Source: an uncultured Thermoplasmata archaeon
GTDB taxonomy: Archaea > Thermoplasmatota > Thermoplasmata > UBA10834
Reading direction: 5' to 3'
NCBI GenBank assembly: GCA_963719945.1
Contig: CAVRDX010000001.1
Location: forward strand, 832,001 to 896,000
DNA length: 64,000 nucleotides
The notes below the pieces were generated by a model. It did no database searches and was not told the origin of the DNA. It saw nothing but the letters and a program-made list of their open reading frames with translations. A program made the position numbers and the translations under genes. Of the stretch, positions 20,884 through 30,227 are shown one piece after another. Numbering within the stretch: position 1 is the stretch's first letter; each line of letters opens with the position of its first letter.

Positions 20884-20958
20884 CGTTAATCTAGTACAGT
20901 TATCAAACTATGCATCATTTATCAGTATTGGCACCGTTATAGTTGATGAGGAAAGACC

Positions 20959-21381
20959 ATGACTGTTTTTTCGGACAGGATCAAGCTGCAGACCAAGGCT
21001 CGCGACGACATCGTCGACATCACGGGTAGCGTGCAGGAGATCGTTACGGAGTCCAAGGTATCGGATGGCTTGGTGTGCGTGTTCGTCGCAGGCTCCACCG
21101 CCGCCATAACCACGATAGAATATGAGCCTGGATTGGTCATGGACATCCATAAGGCGATGGACAGGCTGTACCCCAAGGACGAGGAATACGAGCATCACAA
21201 CCGATGGGGTGACGGCAACGGACATTCGCACGTTAGGGCGTCATTCATGGGACCGTCGTTGACGGTCCCAGTCGAGGACGGGAAGCTCATACTCGGGACC
21301 TGGCAGCAGATCGTTTTCCTTGAGCTGGATGTGAGGGCCAGAACAAGGGAGATCGTCGTCAAGGTTCTAGGAGAACCTTGA
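20959..21381 (+). CDS. yjbQ: YjbQ/UPF0047 family protein
   Basis: GSTAAI...E, GNGHSH, LGTWQQI.F.ELD. Confidence 0.92.
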   Translation: MTVFSDRIKLQTKARDDIVDITGSVQEIVTESKVSDGLVCVFVAGSTAAITTIEYEPGLVMDIHKAMDRLYPKDEEYEHHNRWGDGNGHSHVRASFMGPSLTVPVEDGKLILGTWQQIVFLELDVRARTREIVVKVLGEP

Positions 21382-21439
21382 AGTCGACCATTTCGACATG
21401 GGCGCAAGCATATTATAGATGAGACCGTTGGCCTGCACT

Positions 21440-22675
21440 ATGCCGATCGAGTGTGAATTCCTGGGCGGTGGCGATGAGGTCGGAAGGCTCGGGATATATC
21501 TGAAGAAGGAAGGAGCGCGCATGCTCTTCGACTACGGCATGACGGCGGCGGACCCGCCGAAATACCCGAAGCCTGCGCCACCGATCGACCGTGTATTCCT
21601 GACACACTCGCATCTGGACCATTGCGGTATGATACCGTGGCTGACAGCACGATACGACATCGACATAACTGCCACCAGGGCGTCCAAGATGGTCGGTCAG
21701 CTCCTTATGGAGGACAGTATCAAGGTCGCTGCTTCCGAAGGGTACCCGGAGATGTACGGGAAGGGCGAGGTCAGGATCGCATCTAGGAGATTCAACGACA
21801 TCACTTTCGGAGAGGAGGTGGTCGTCGGTTCCACTCATATCACCGCGCACACGGCCGGACACATCCCGGGTGCGACCATGTACGAGATAAGCGGCAAGAG
21901 GACCACGCTCGTGACAGGTGACCTCCACACGATCGACACCCGCCTGGTGGGCGGAGCGAAACCCGTCAAATGCGACAACCTCATCATGGAATCCACCTAC
22001 TCGGGCAGGAACCATCCGAACAGGAACAAGACGGAGTACGAGTTCATCAAGAAAGTCCACGAGGTCGTAGACCGGGGAGGGAAGGCGATCGTGCCTTCGT
22101 TCGCGGTCGGCAGGACCCAGGAGATACTATTGCTCCTGAAGGACAGCAAGCTCGAATACTGGCTCGACGGCATGGGCAAGTCCGTGAACAGTATCTACCT
22201 CGACAACCCCGAATATGTGAAGTCGGTCAAGAGGCTGAGACAGGCGATCACGAGGACCAACGAGGTCAGGAACTACAAGGCCCGCGAGCGGGCGCACAAG
22301 GGCCAGGTGATCGTGACCACGAGCGGGATGCTAGACGGAGGGCCTGTGCTCGGGTACGTCGAAGGGGTCAGGAGCGATCCGAAGAGCGCCATATTGCTCA
22401 CTGGCTATCAGGTCGATGGCAGCAACGGCAGACAGCTGCTGGATACGGGCACGATGGAGTTCCAGGGAGTCACTGAGAAGGTGGCGTGCGAGGTCGTCAA
22501 ATTCGATTTCTCTGCCCATGCGGGACACGACGACCTGTTCAAGTTCGCCAAGGAGTGTTCCCCGGAGAAGATAGTCCTGTGCCACGGGGACAACAGGGAA
22601 CCGCTCGCTGAGGACCTCACCAAGGAAGGGTTCGAGGTACTTCTCCCGAAGGACGGCGAGAAGTTCAAGCTCTGA
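21440..22675 (+). CDS. Beta-CASP MBL ribonuclease (aCPSF-like, no KH domains)
   Basis: THSHLDH, AGHIPG, TGD, MESTY, PSFAVGRTQE, TSGML.GG, FSAHAG. Confidence 0.92.
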   Translation: MPIECEFLGGGDEVGRLGIYLKKEGARMLFDYGMTAADPPKYPKPAPPIDRVFLTHSHLDHCGMIPWLTARYDIDITATRASKMVGQLLMEDSIKVAASEGYPEMYGKGEVRIASRRFNDITFGEEVVVGSTHITAHTAGHIPGATMYEISGKRTTLVTGDLHTIDTRLVGGAKPVKCDNLIMESTYSGRNHPNRNKTEYEFIKKVHEVVDRGGKAIVPSFAVGRTQEILLLLKDSKLEYWLDGMGKSVNSIYLDNPEYVKSVKRLRQAITRTNEVRNYKARERAHKGQVIVTTSGMLDGGPVLGYVEGVRSDPKSAILLTGYQVDGSNGRQLLDTGTMEFQGVTEKVACEVVKFDFSAHAGHDDLFKFAKECSPEKIVLCHGDNREPLAEDLTKEGFEVLLPKDGEKFKL

Positions 22676-22724
22676 ACCTATGGATGAAAGGATTATTAGG
22701 GGTCATATCTCTACGACAGAATGC

Positions 22725-23549
22725 ATGAGGTCCAAGATCCACGAATACCTGCGAGAGGACATCGGGTCAGGTGACATCACATCCGAGCTCCTCATACCCC
22801 CGGATCAGAAGGCTCGGGGTAGGATAATCGCGAAGGAGCGGTGCATCCTTGCCGGAGCCGCAGAGGCGTCCGAGGTGTTCAAGGAGCTGGGCGCTAAAGC
22901 AGTGATGCGCAGGAGCGACGGCGCCCCGGTCAAGAAAGGGGATTTCGTGCTGAGCGTGTCTGGGCCTGCGAGGTCCATACTCGCGGGCGAGAGGTTGGCA
23001 CTGAACTTCCTGATGAGGATGAGCGGCATAGCCACAGTCACGAATGAGTTGCTGGAGAAATGCCGTGCCAAGAACCCGCACATCAGGATAGCCGCGACGA
23101 GGAAGACCACGCCTGGGTTCAGGGAGTTCGAGAAGAAAGCAGTGGTCCTCGGAGGCGGCGACCCGCACAGGTTCGGGCTGAGCGATGCGATCCTGATCAA
23201 GGACAACCACATCATGCTGGCAGGTAGTGTCAAGGAAGCGCTCAGGAGAGCCAGGAAATCGAGCTTCACGAAGAAGATCGAGATTGAGGTCGAGAACGAG
23301 AAGGATGCGTTCACTGCGCTGGATGCAGGAGCGGATATCATAATGTTCGACAACTTCTCACCTTCCGATGCGAGAGCCCTGTACATGGTGTTGAAGGACA
23401 AGTGCCCCGACATAATCATCGAGGCTTCGGGAGGCATGAAGCCAGACAACATAGCGCTCTACGCGGACGCCGCGGACATCATATCCGTTGGCTGGTTGAC
23501 CCACTCCGTCAGATCCATAGACTTCTCGATGTCCGTCGAGAAGGTATAG
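22725..23549 (+). CDS. nadC: Nicotinate-nucleotide pyrophosphorylase (carboxylating)
   Basis: EDIG.GDITS, ERLALN...RMSGIAT, TRKTTPG, HRFGLSD.ILIKDNH, MFDN, EASGG. Confidence 0.96.
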   Translation: MRSKIHEYLREDIGSGDITSELLIPPDQKARGRIIAKERCILAGAAEASEVFKELGAKAVMRRSDGAPVKKGDFVLSVSGPARSILAGERLALNFLMRMSGIATVTNELLEKCRAKNPHIRIAATRKTTPGFREFEKKAVVLGGGDPHRFGLSDAILIKDNHIMLAGSVKEALRRARKSSFTKKIEIEVENEKDAFTALDAGADIIMFDNFSPSDARALYMVLKDKCPDIIIEASGGMKPDNIALYADAADIISVGWLTHSVRSIDFSMSVEKV

Positions 23550-23598
23550 CACAGAGCACAGGTTTTTCTAGACGCCGATTGCTCCATGTAGTGTTAGC

Positions 23599-24297
23599 AT
23601 GGATGCGAAACAGGCATGGGGAGCGTTCTCCCTGATACTCGTCCTAGCGGTGGTCACTGTCGCAGCCATGCTCATCAGCACAGGACGCAACTCATATCAG
23701 ATATCCGCGTTCGCAGCCATCGTGTTGATGGTATACCTCTACATATTGTACAAGAGGTACCACATCGAGGTCGTGACCGAGGGTGATGTCCTCCTGTTCA
23801 ACGATGAGGACGACCTGAAGATCCTGTGCGAGATATACGGACTAGGTGATTCCGGCAGAGCATACATAAACAGACAAAGGCTGCGCAATTTCGCGAGGGA
23901 GAACAAGGACACGGACTTCGTCTGGATAGCTCCCGGGTTCGTACATTCATTCAGCTCGGCGCTGGAGGTCGAGTTGCCCGCAGAAGAGGCGAAGGAACTC
24001 AGCGTGCCCGATCTGATCAAGCGGCTGGTGTCGGATGCGCCATCCAAGGACAGGCTCACGAGTCCCCTCACATGGGGTGTATCCAGGGATTCCAAGAGAC
24101 TGTCGACCATTGATTCCTGTCCGGTCTGCGAGGCCGATGTGAAAGGATCGACCGGAGTATGCAAGGAATGCGGCGCAGACCTCGAATTCTATTCGGTCCT
24201 GGCGGAGTCGAAGCTGGGCAGAAGGCTCCTGTCGGCGAAGGCAGTGGCGGGCAAGAGGAAGCTTAGATATTCGGTCGCCATGATACCGGACAAGTGA
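23599..24297 (+). CDS. Hypothetical two-TM membrane protein with a C-terminal zinc ribbon
   Basis: N-terminal TMs; CPVC...CKECG. Confidence 0.7.
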   Translation: MDAKQAWGAFSLILVLAVVTVAAMLISTGRNSYQISAFAAIVLMVYLYILYKRYHIEVVTEGDVLLFNDEDDLKILCEIYGLGDSGRAYINRQRLRNFARENKDTDFVWIAPGFVHSFSSALEVELPAEEAKELSVPDLIKRLVSDAPSKDRLTSPLTWGVSRDSKRLSTIDSCPVCEADVKGSTGVCKECGADLEFYSVLAESKLGRRLLSAKAVAGKRKLRYSVAMIPDK

Positions 24298-24309
24298 GGA
24301 GGCAGGCAG

Positions 24310-24483
24310 TTGATCAAGGACGAGACTTGTCAGATATGCGGGAAGCCAGCAAAGAGATTCCTGTTCGCAGCCTTCGTTTGCGATGACGAGAAATGCATCG
24401 AGAAGGCTCGCATTGATAGAGGAGGACCAGGCGGCCATAAGAAGCAGGATTTCCTGAAATTCTCGCGAGACGATAAGTGCTGA
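24310..24483 (+). CDS. 57-aa zinc-finger-like microprotein
   Basis: TTG start after GAGGAGG; MIKDETCQICGKPAKRFLFAAFVCDDEKCIEKARIDRGGPGGHKKQ... Confidence 0.7.
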   Translation: MIKDETCQICGKPAKRFLFAAFVCDDEKCIEKARIDRGGPGGHKKQDFLKFSRDDKC

Positions 24484-24529
24484 CTGCGCCTGGAGAAGTA
24501 TTATACGACTATCATCATTCCCTGGACCC

Positions 24530-25687
24530 ATGAAGGGAAGTGCATTTGCGGGTCTCATGTTGATCGAGACCATGCTCGCATTCGGCAACACGTTTGCCGC
24601 ATCCTTCAGCATGATCTACCTCTACAACGAGCTCGATATGCCCTTGTGGTCTGGGCCGATCTACATCTGCCTGGGCTTCGCGATATCCGCAGTCATCAGC
24701 CTCTGGATGTCGCGTAGGCCGAGGATGGATCCGAGGAACGCCATAATATTCGCGCTCGCTTGGCTGATAATAGAATACTCGCTCTTCCTAGTGGTCCATA
24801 ACGGCTGGATGATCGGCCTGCTCGTGGGCATAGCCTTCGGGATATACTATCCGTTCTTCTGGACGCCCATCAACATGCTGATGGCGCAGATGACCGAGAA
24901 GAACGACCGAGGGGTGAAGTACGGCGCGTTCTTCTTCGTCTGGCCCCTGGCAGGATTCATAGCTCCACTCCTTGGCGGCATCGTGATCAGCTTATGGAAC
25001 TACAGGATCCTGTACCTGGTCGGAATCGCGATCATATCGTTGACGGCACTGCTCGTGGTCGCGTATAGGAACCATATACCAAAGGACCAGGTCATGAAGA
25101 TACGAATGGAGGCTGTCGGGCGCAGGAATGTCATCGCACTCATCGGCGAGGGGGGGTTCGAAGGGATATTCTGGATAGATGTCACGCTCGTAGCCTACAT
25201 GTTCTCCCAGGACGAGGTCTCGCTTGGAGCGCTGTTCTCCCTATTCGGGCTCTGCGCAGGCATAATGGGAATCATCCAAGGGAAGGTGTCTGATAAGATC
25301 CAGAACAGGTCATTCTTCCTGAAGCTGAGCGTGATCGGTTCGATCCCGTGCATCTTATTGATAGCGTTGGTGACCAACATGGACGAGTTCATCCTGGCAA
25401 ACGGACTCCTCGAGTTCGCATGCTTCGTCCTCCCGGTCTTCATGTTCGCGATACTGACGGACACCATGGAAGATAAGAAGAACGATTCAGTCATCACCAG
25501 GGAATACATACTCGACATCGCAAGGGCAGGGGCCATAGGACTCCTGATGCTGGTGATCTACCTTGGAGTCTCACCGCAGGAGGCATTCCTTCTCGCCATA
25601 CCGTTCCTGATACTCATGCTTCTCGCGAAGGAGAAGAAGAAACATGAAGAGACGGCTCATGAGAGTATCATCGACAAGAACCAGTAG
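24530..25687 (+). CDS. MFS transporter
   Basis: About 12 TMs; DRG..YG, IAPLLGG, GKVSDKI.NR. Confidence 0.85.
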   Translation: MKGSAFAGLMLIETMLAFGNTFAASFSMIYLYNELDMPLWSGPIYICLGFAISAVISLWMSRRPRMDPRNAIIFALAWLIIEYSLFLVVHNGWMIGLLVGIAFGIYYPFFWTPINMLMAQMTEKNDRGVKYGAFFFVWPLAGFIAPLLGGIVISLWNYRILYLVGIAIISLTALLVVAYRNHIPKDQVMKIRMEAVGRRNVIALIGEGGFEGIFWIDVTLVAYMFSQDEVSLGALFSLFGLCAGIMGIIQGKVSDKIQNRSFFLKLSVIGSIPCILLIALVTNMDEFILANGLLEFACFVLPVFMFAILTDTMEDKKNDSVITREYILDIARAGAIGLLMLVIYLGVSPQEAFLLAIPFLILMLLAKEKKKHEETAHESIIDKNQ

Positions 25688-26142
25688 CCCAAGACGACGA
25701 ATATTCCGGTGACGATTATTCCGACAGCCGCTGCCCACTTGCCGAAATCGTCTCTGATGAGGTCGTCACCCGCGAGCATGAACATCGGACTCAGTATTAT
25801 GTCTGGACGGTCGAGCGTTGTGAGCATACGTGGGTCCGATCCATAGGTCTTAACATACCTCTTCTTGAAGCCCACGAACCGGTAGTACATGCCCCACGAG
25901 AACGCGATGAAACCCAGCAGTACGAACACCACGGACATCGTCTCGCTGTCCAGTATCATCGCGATTATCGACAGGAAGAAGCCGACGAAGAGCGCAGCGA
26001 TGCCTAGAGCGAAGGCGACTATGCCTATCGCCCTGTTCTGCATGAGAAGGAAGTGCCGTGGGTCCACTGGCCTCTGGTTTCTGGAACGGTTGATGGCCCG
26101 ATCGGACGGGCGATCCCCTGGTGGTGGCGATGTCTCGGTCAT
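25657..26142 (-). CDS. Hypothetical membrane protein
   Basis: Three hydrophobic segments; downstream of the HdrD-like gene. Confidence 0.55.
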   Translation of the reverse strand: MTETSPPPGDRPSDRAINRSRNQRPVDPRHFLLMQNRAIGIVAFALGIAALFVGFFLSIIAMILDSETMSVVFVLLGFIAFSWGMYYRFVGFKKRYVKTYGSDPRMLTTLDRPDIILSPMFMLAGDDLIRDDFGKWAAAVGIIVTGIFVVLGYWFLSMILS

Positions 26143-26149
26143 GAACTCA

Positions 26150-27370
26150 TCAATCCTTGCAGGCCGATGCGACCAGCTCCATGAGATCGGTCATCTTGAG
26201 CCTGGAACCTCTTGCGTCAATCGAGGTCTTCAGGCTCTGATAACAGAACGGGCAAGAAGTGGTCAGAATATCCGCACCAGACGCCTCGGCATCGTCTGTG
26301 CGCAGGTCAGATATCTTCTGCGCGAGGTCTGGAAATGCGGTCTTGACGCCGCCACCGGCTCCGCAGCATCTCGACTCCGATCTGTTCCGCTCCATCTCGA
26401 CGAGCTCGAGCCCGGGCACATATCTCAGGATCCTCCTCGGCTCCTCGTACAATCCGTTGTGTCGGCCGAGGTGACATGGATCGTGGAATGTCACCTTCTG
26501 ATCGATCCTCTTGTCGAGCACCAGCTTTCCGGAATCGAGCAGCTCGTTCACCATCTCGGTTATGTGCATCACCTTCGGCTGCACCTTGCCGATCTTCGGA
26601 TAATCCTGACGGATAGTCTTGTAGCACCCAGCACAACTCGTGACGATGATGCTCGGAGAGGCCCTCTCGAACATCTCGATGTTCTTCTCGGCCATCTTGC
26701 GCGCATTGTCGATCAAACCTGTCCTCAGAAGAGTGGAGCCGCAGCATCCTTCCTCGTTTCCGAGGGTCCCGAAATCAACCTTCGCCTTGGAGAGTATGCG
26801 CGCCGTGTTGAGAGCCATCTCCTTGATGTTGGGATCATAGGCTGCCGTGCACCCAACGAAGTAGAGCACCTCGCACTTCTCCTTCAATACATCCTTGACC
26901 TTGATATCCTTCTCGAGTCGACGAGCCCACCGGGAACGCTGAGTCCTGGGCTGCATCCACGGATTATCGTAGTTCTCGATGCTCTTAATCAACTGGTCAT
27001 GCTCGGGCATAGGTCCGAGACCGTTATGGACCAAGAACTCCCGCATGTTCTCCCACATCTCGATAGTATCCAGATGCGCCGGACACACCGTCTTGCACTG
27101 CCCGCAAATCGTGCACTCATATGCTCGCTTGGATAATTCGGCCAATTGATCCTGAGGTATCTCCTTCGGACCGAACAACTTGGCCTTCAGCCCGTACTGC
27201 GCTTTGTAGAACTCCCTGAGCCTCAGTATCTTGCCCCTCGGCGTGACGAACTCGTCCTCCTGCGCTTCACCGCCCGTGGGGCATGTGGTCGTGCACTCGC
27301 CGCACCGAGTGCACGCATCGTACCTGATGAGCGAGAGCACATCCAGCTTGGATATGTCCAGCTCCTTCAT
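26150..27370 (-). CDS. Fe-S oxidoreductase, HdrD/GlpC-like (2x 4Fe-4S plus 2 CCG domains)
   Basis: CTRCGECTTTCP, CTICGQCKTVCP, GCCGS, SCAGC, HDPCHLGR, CCGAGGG, SCPFC. Confidence 0.92.
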   Translation of the reverse strand: MKELDISKLDVLSLIRYDACTRCGECTTTCPTGGEAQEDEFVTPRGKILRLREFYKAQYGLKAKLFGPKEIPQDQLAELSKRAYECTICGQCKTVCPAHLDTIEMWENMREFLVHNGLGPMPEHDQLIKSIENYDNPWMQPRTQRSRWARRLEKDIKVKDVLKEKCEVLYFVGCTAAYDPNIKEMALNTARILSKAKVDFGTLGNEEGCCGSTLLRTGLIDNARKMAEKNIEMFERASPSIIVTSCAGCYKTIRQDYPKIGKVQPKVMHITEMVNELLDSGKLVLDKRIDQKVTFHDPCHLGRHNGLYEEPRRILRYVPGLELVEMERNRSESRCCGAGGGVKTAFPDLAQKISDLRTDDAEASGADILTTSCPFCYQSLKTSIDARGSRLKMTDLMELVASACKD

Positions 27371-28281
27371 GCGCTCCCCTCCTTGTCGGTCATCATGCGT
27401 TCCAGTTCGATCGCGATCGGGGTCGCGATCATGTGGAAGAGCTTGCTGAACGGTATGTAGGCGATCAGGAGGGCGCTCATCACACCATGCACGAGCCACG
27501 CAGCATCGTACCAGTCACCGCTCGAAGCTGGCACCAACAACGAGAACGCATACCCGACGAACGAGTATTCTACATTCTGGTCATGGCCAGGTATGCCACC
27601 TGCAATACCCATGCCTTCGAGTATGAACCCACCCAGAACGACTGCTAACAGGAACAGGATTGATGCGGCGTCGGGAAGCTCGGTCCTCACAATCTTGGGC
27701 TTCAGAATCGACCGTCGGATAGCTGCCAGGACCAGGCCGATAAGCATCATCAGACCTACGAGGTCGAAGCCGAAGTCACGCAGCCATAGTTTGGCCCAGC
27801 CAGTCTCGTCAATCATAGGTTGATATCTTAGGATGTCCAGCGAGAATGTGACTATGAGATCGAGAATGAACATTAGTATGAATCCGCCCAGGATCATGAT
27901 GTGCATGAACCATCGTGAGACGCTCCTTTCCTTCAGCTTGGACAGATAGAGAGCATCCATCAGGAGAGAGCGCGTGGCCTTCATCAAGCGGCCGTGAACC
28001 AAGGAGACAATGGCGAGCTTGGCGAATCCCATGAGCCTACGCTCGGGAGTGGTGGTCAGACCTTTTCCTCGCATCCACATGAGGAAGTTGTAGAGAGTGC
28101 CGAGCAAGAACACCACGACGCTCAGCACTATCACGACAAGGAACAGGGACAGGTAGGTCCGGTCGCGTACGTACACCGTCTCGTACGGCAGGAGAAGGAT
28201 CACGGCGCAAAGCAGCACGATGAATGAGAAGAACGGCACGTACAGAGTCGCCCTCTCGCTCAGGTATCCGTCCGTTGCCAT
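27367..28281 (-). CDS. Membrane b-type cytochrome, NarI/HdrE-like
   Basis: RWFMH..I..GF, WLVH, YIPFSKLFHM; stop/start overlap (ATGA) with the HdrD-like gene. Confidence 0.85.
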   Translation of the reverse strand: MATDGYLSERATLYVPFFSFIVLLCAVILLLPYETVYVRDRTYLSLFLVVIVLSVVVFLLGTLYNFLMWMRGKGLTTTPERRLMGFAKLAIVSLVHGRLMKATRSLLMDALYLSKLKERSVSRWFMHIMILGGFILMFILDLIVTFSLDILRYQPMIDETGWAKLWLRDFGFDLVGLMMLIGLVLAAIRRSILKPKIVRTELPDAASILFLLAVVLGGFILEGMGIAGGIPGHDQNVEYSFVGYAFSLLVPASSGDWYDAAWLVHGVMSALLIAYIPFSKLFHMIATPIAIELERMMTDKEGSA

Positions 28282-28316
28282 CGCGGCTCTAATCAGATTC
28301 GGGCGATATATATTCG

Positions 28317-29429
28317 TTACCTTCTGGAGGAGAAGTGCTCGTTGACCGTCAGTCTTGCGGCCTCGACCAGGTTCGACGGGGCGCTTTCGACCTCCTGCGC
28401 GTTGCTTGATGACGATTCGAGTATCTCGTCTCTGGCGATCCCAAGGAGACTGTCGACCCGATCTGATACGGATCCATCGATACTTGCTTTCCTGATCTCG
28501 ATCGCATTGAGGAGTTCCATGAGTCGGCCGCCGTCCCACAACTTCGAACCGACGACGAACGACCTATGCTCGAGGCCCAGAATGGCCACTTTAAGATCGG
28601 CGATCGATCTGTCAAGATTCGTCTTCCGTTGCTCATGGGTACGAGTCGATTTGTCATTACCAGCCATGTGCATAAGGTCGAGCATGACATCGTTCGCTTC
28701 CGGGAAATCGGGATGCTCGAGATGAGGCCCGAGCAATAACAGCTCTCCTGATCCGAAGCGGCATCTTATGACGGCAGGTGCGCGGTCCAATACATTTCTC
28801 ACCTCGTCATGCGACATATTCATCGTGGCTTGCTCTGCCATTCCAGCATATCTGATCAAGACTTCGTCATCATCCGGCTCAGTGAATACCGGTCCTCCGT
28901 ACAATGGGGCGACCATCGAAGAGCCGTTTATGTCCAATAGGACACTTCCCCGTACAGGATGGAATATGCTGCAGCTTCCGTATCGCACGGCATATCTCGT
29001 AGTCGATGATTCGGCCATAGAAATGCCAGGTCGGATGTTGGTGATCCTGGTCTTCGAGATGTTGAACTGCTGAAATGGGGGTATCGAAGAGGGCAGCGGA
29101 AGATAGGCGCCCGCGCATATGCCTATGTACTGACCGCCGCTTCGGATGAATCCCTTCAGGTTTGAGAAACCTTTGCCGTTGAGGGCTTCCGCGATCTCAA
29201 AGCCGTCGCCCCCGGATATGATCACTCTCGAATAGGAACCTTCGATATCGCGCTGAAGATCGCTCTCGCTCGCGAACACTACGTTGAATATACCGCGATT
29301 CTCGAACAGGTCCGCGAGCCATGTCCAAGAGTGCGAGGAACCCGAGCCCGCGTAGACCATTGTGCTGCGACTATTCCTGGGCACGAACACCGAAATGCTC
29401 CCTGGGCCCATAAAGGGAGCGCAGAACAC
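28317..29429 (-). CDS. Stand-alone BPL-N (GATase1-like) domain protein
   Basis: VYAGSG, ISGG, FIRSGGQYIGICAGAY, YGGP.F, G.G.LLL.GPHLE; exact start uncertain. Confidence 0.8.
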   Translation of the reverse strand: MFCAPFMGPGSISVFVPRNSRSTMVYAGSGSSHSWTWLADLFENRGIFNVVFASESDLQRDIEGSYSRVIISGGDGFEIAEALNGKGFSNLKGFIRSGGQYIGICAGAYLPLPSSIPPFQQFNISKTRITNIRPGISMAESSTTRYAVRYGSCSIFHPVRGSVLLDINGSSMVAPLYGGPVFTEPDDDEVLIRYAGMAEQATMNMSHDEVRNVLDRAPAVIRCRFGSGELLLLGPHLEHPDFPEANDVMLDLMHMAGNDKSTRTHEQRKTNLDRSIADLKVAILGLEHRSFVVGSKLWDGGRLMELLNAIEIRKASIDGSVSDRVDSLLGIARDEILESSSSNAQEVESAPSNLVEAARLTVNEHFSSRR

Positions 29430-29492
29430 TGGCCCGAGCTTGGGGGCATAGAAAGTGTTATAGAACCCCTTGCCTTATCTCGCTCCCCACAA

Positions 29493-29593
29493 GGGCCCAT
29501 GGTCTAGCGGTTATGACACCTGCTTGACATCGCTTTTCCTCCGGGAAGGCGTCAAATTGCAGGTAATCACCGGTTCGAATCCGGTTGGGCCCA
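29493..29593 (+). tRNA. tRNA-Val(GAC) with 28-nt intron (29530-29557) at 37/38
   Basis: Acceptor GGGCCCA/TGGGCCC, anticodon stem CCTGC/GCAGG, GAC 29526-28; canonical BHB (TTGA/TCAA helix, 3-nt bulges, 9-bp intron stem); T-arm ACCGG TTCGAAT CCGGT. Confidence 0.96.
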
Positions 29594-29623
29594 CTATCTT
29601 CCTTCTGGCTATTTTCCAATCAG
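29581..29623 (+). repeat. att-like repeat copy 0 (tRNA-Val 3' end plus 27-bp trailer)
   Basis: CCGGTTGGGCCCACTA-N7-TCTGGCTA-TTTTCCAATCAG. Confidence 0.85.
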
Positions 29624-29798
29624 GGTCTTTTTGTACCGGGATATGAACCTTTTCATCGCCTTTCCTCGTGAAATCGATGGTTCAGGTTGCAACGCATGCA
29701 GAACCCGACAGACTGGCTGATTTCTATCGCAGGAAATTGACGACGATCTGGACCCCTTCTCAGCTTCTTTTCCTGCTATTGCTACAGAGGAATTAATG

Positions 29799-29826
29799 GG
29801 TGGACCGAAAGGGATTTGAACCTCTG
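29799..29826 (-). other. Degenerate tRNA 3'-end fragment (tRNA-Ala-like)
   Basis: Minus strand reads CAGAGGTTCAAATCCCTTTCGGTCCACC: T-loop plus acceptor 3' strand with U70 and A73. Confidence 0.55.
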
Positions 29827-29877
29827 AAGTGCCAGTGTGTCAAGACTCGGATTCAATCAACGGGGAATTGGCCGGAG

Positions 29878-30060
29878 CTAACCCCCTTTCTTTTCCTTCA
29901 AATTCTTGTTCGGAGTGAAGATTCCAGCAGATGAACTAATCAAACCGATTCCGATAATGCCCACAACAGCTGCCACACCAGGTTCAATCTTACCCATCAA
30001 CAATAGCCCTGAAGCGATTCCACAAATCACCAATCCAGTGATGAAAAGAATCTTAATCAT
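29878..30060 (-). CDS. Small two-TM membrane protein
   Basis: 60 aa, two hydrophobic helices, basic tail; GAGGG SD. Confidence 0.6.
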   Translation of the reverse strand: MIKILFITGLVICGIASGLLLMGKIEPGVAAVVGIIGIGLISSSAGIFTPNKNLKEKKGG

Positions 30061-30227
30061 TGCCAGTCCCTCTCTTGGTCGAATCGCCTCAGGTGGTTTA
30101 AGGGTTTCTCCGGAGTCCCGCTCCTATGGCATTTTCCGAGGCGAGGCTCAACCCCCCCCCCCCTTCCCTGTTTTCAGAACGGTACGAATTCTTATCTATG
30201 AAGAACTCGATGAACAAAACGAAGGAA

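Noticed and set aside
25889-27136. 415-aa plus-strand ORF
   Set aside because: Antisense shadow of the motif-rich HdrD-like gene; no recognisable domain.
29403-29410. TGGGCCCA upstream of tRNA-Val
   Set aside because: Only the 8-bp palindrome matches; no CTA, T-arm or arm blocks.
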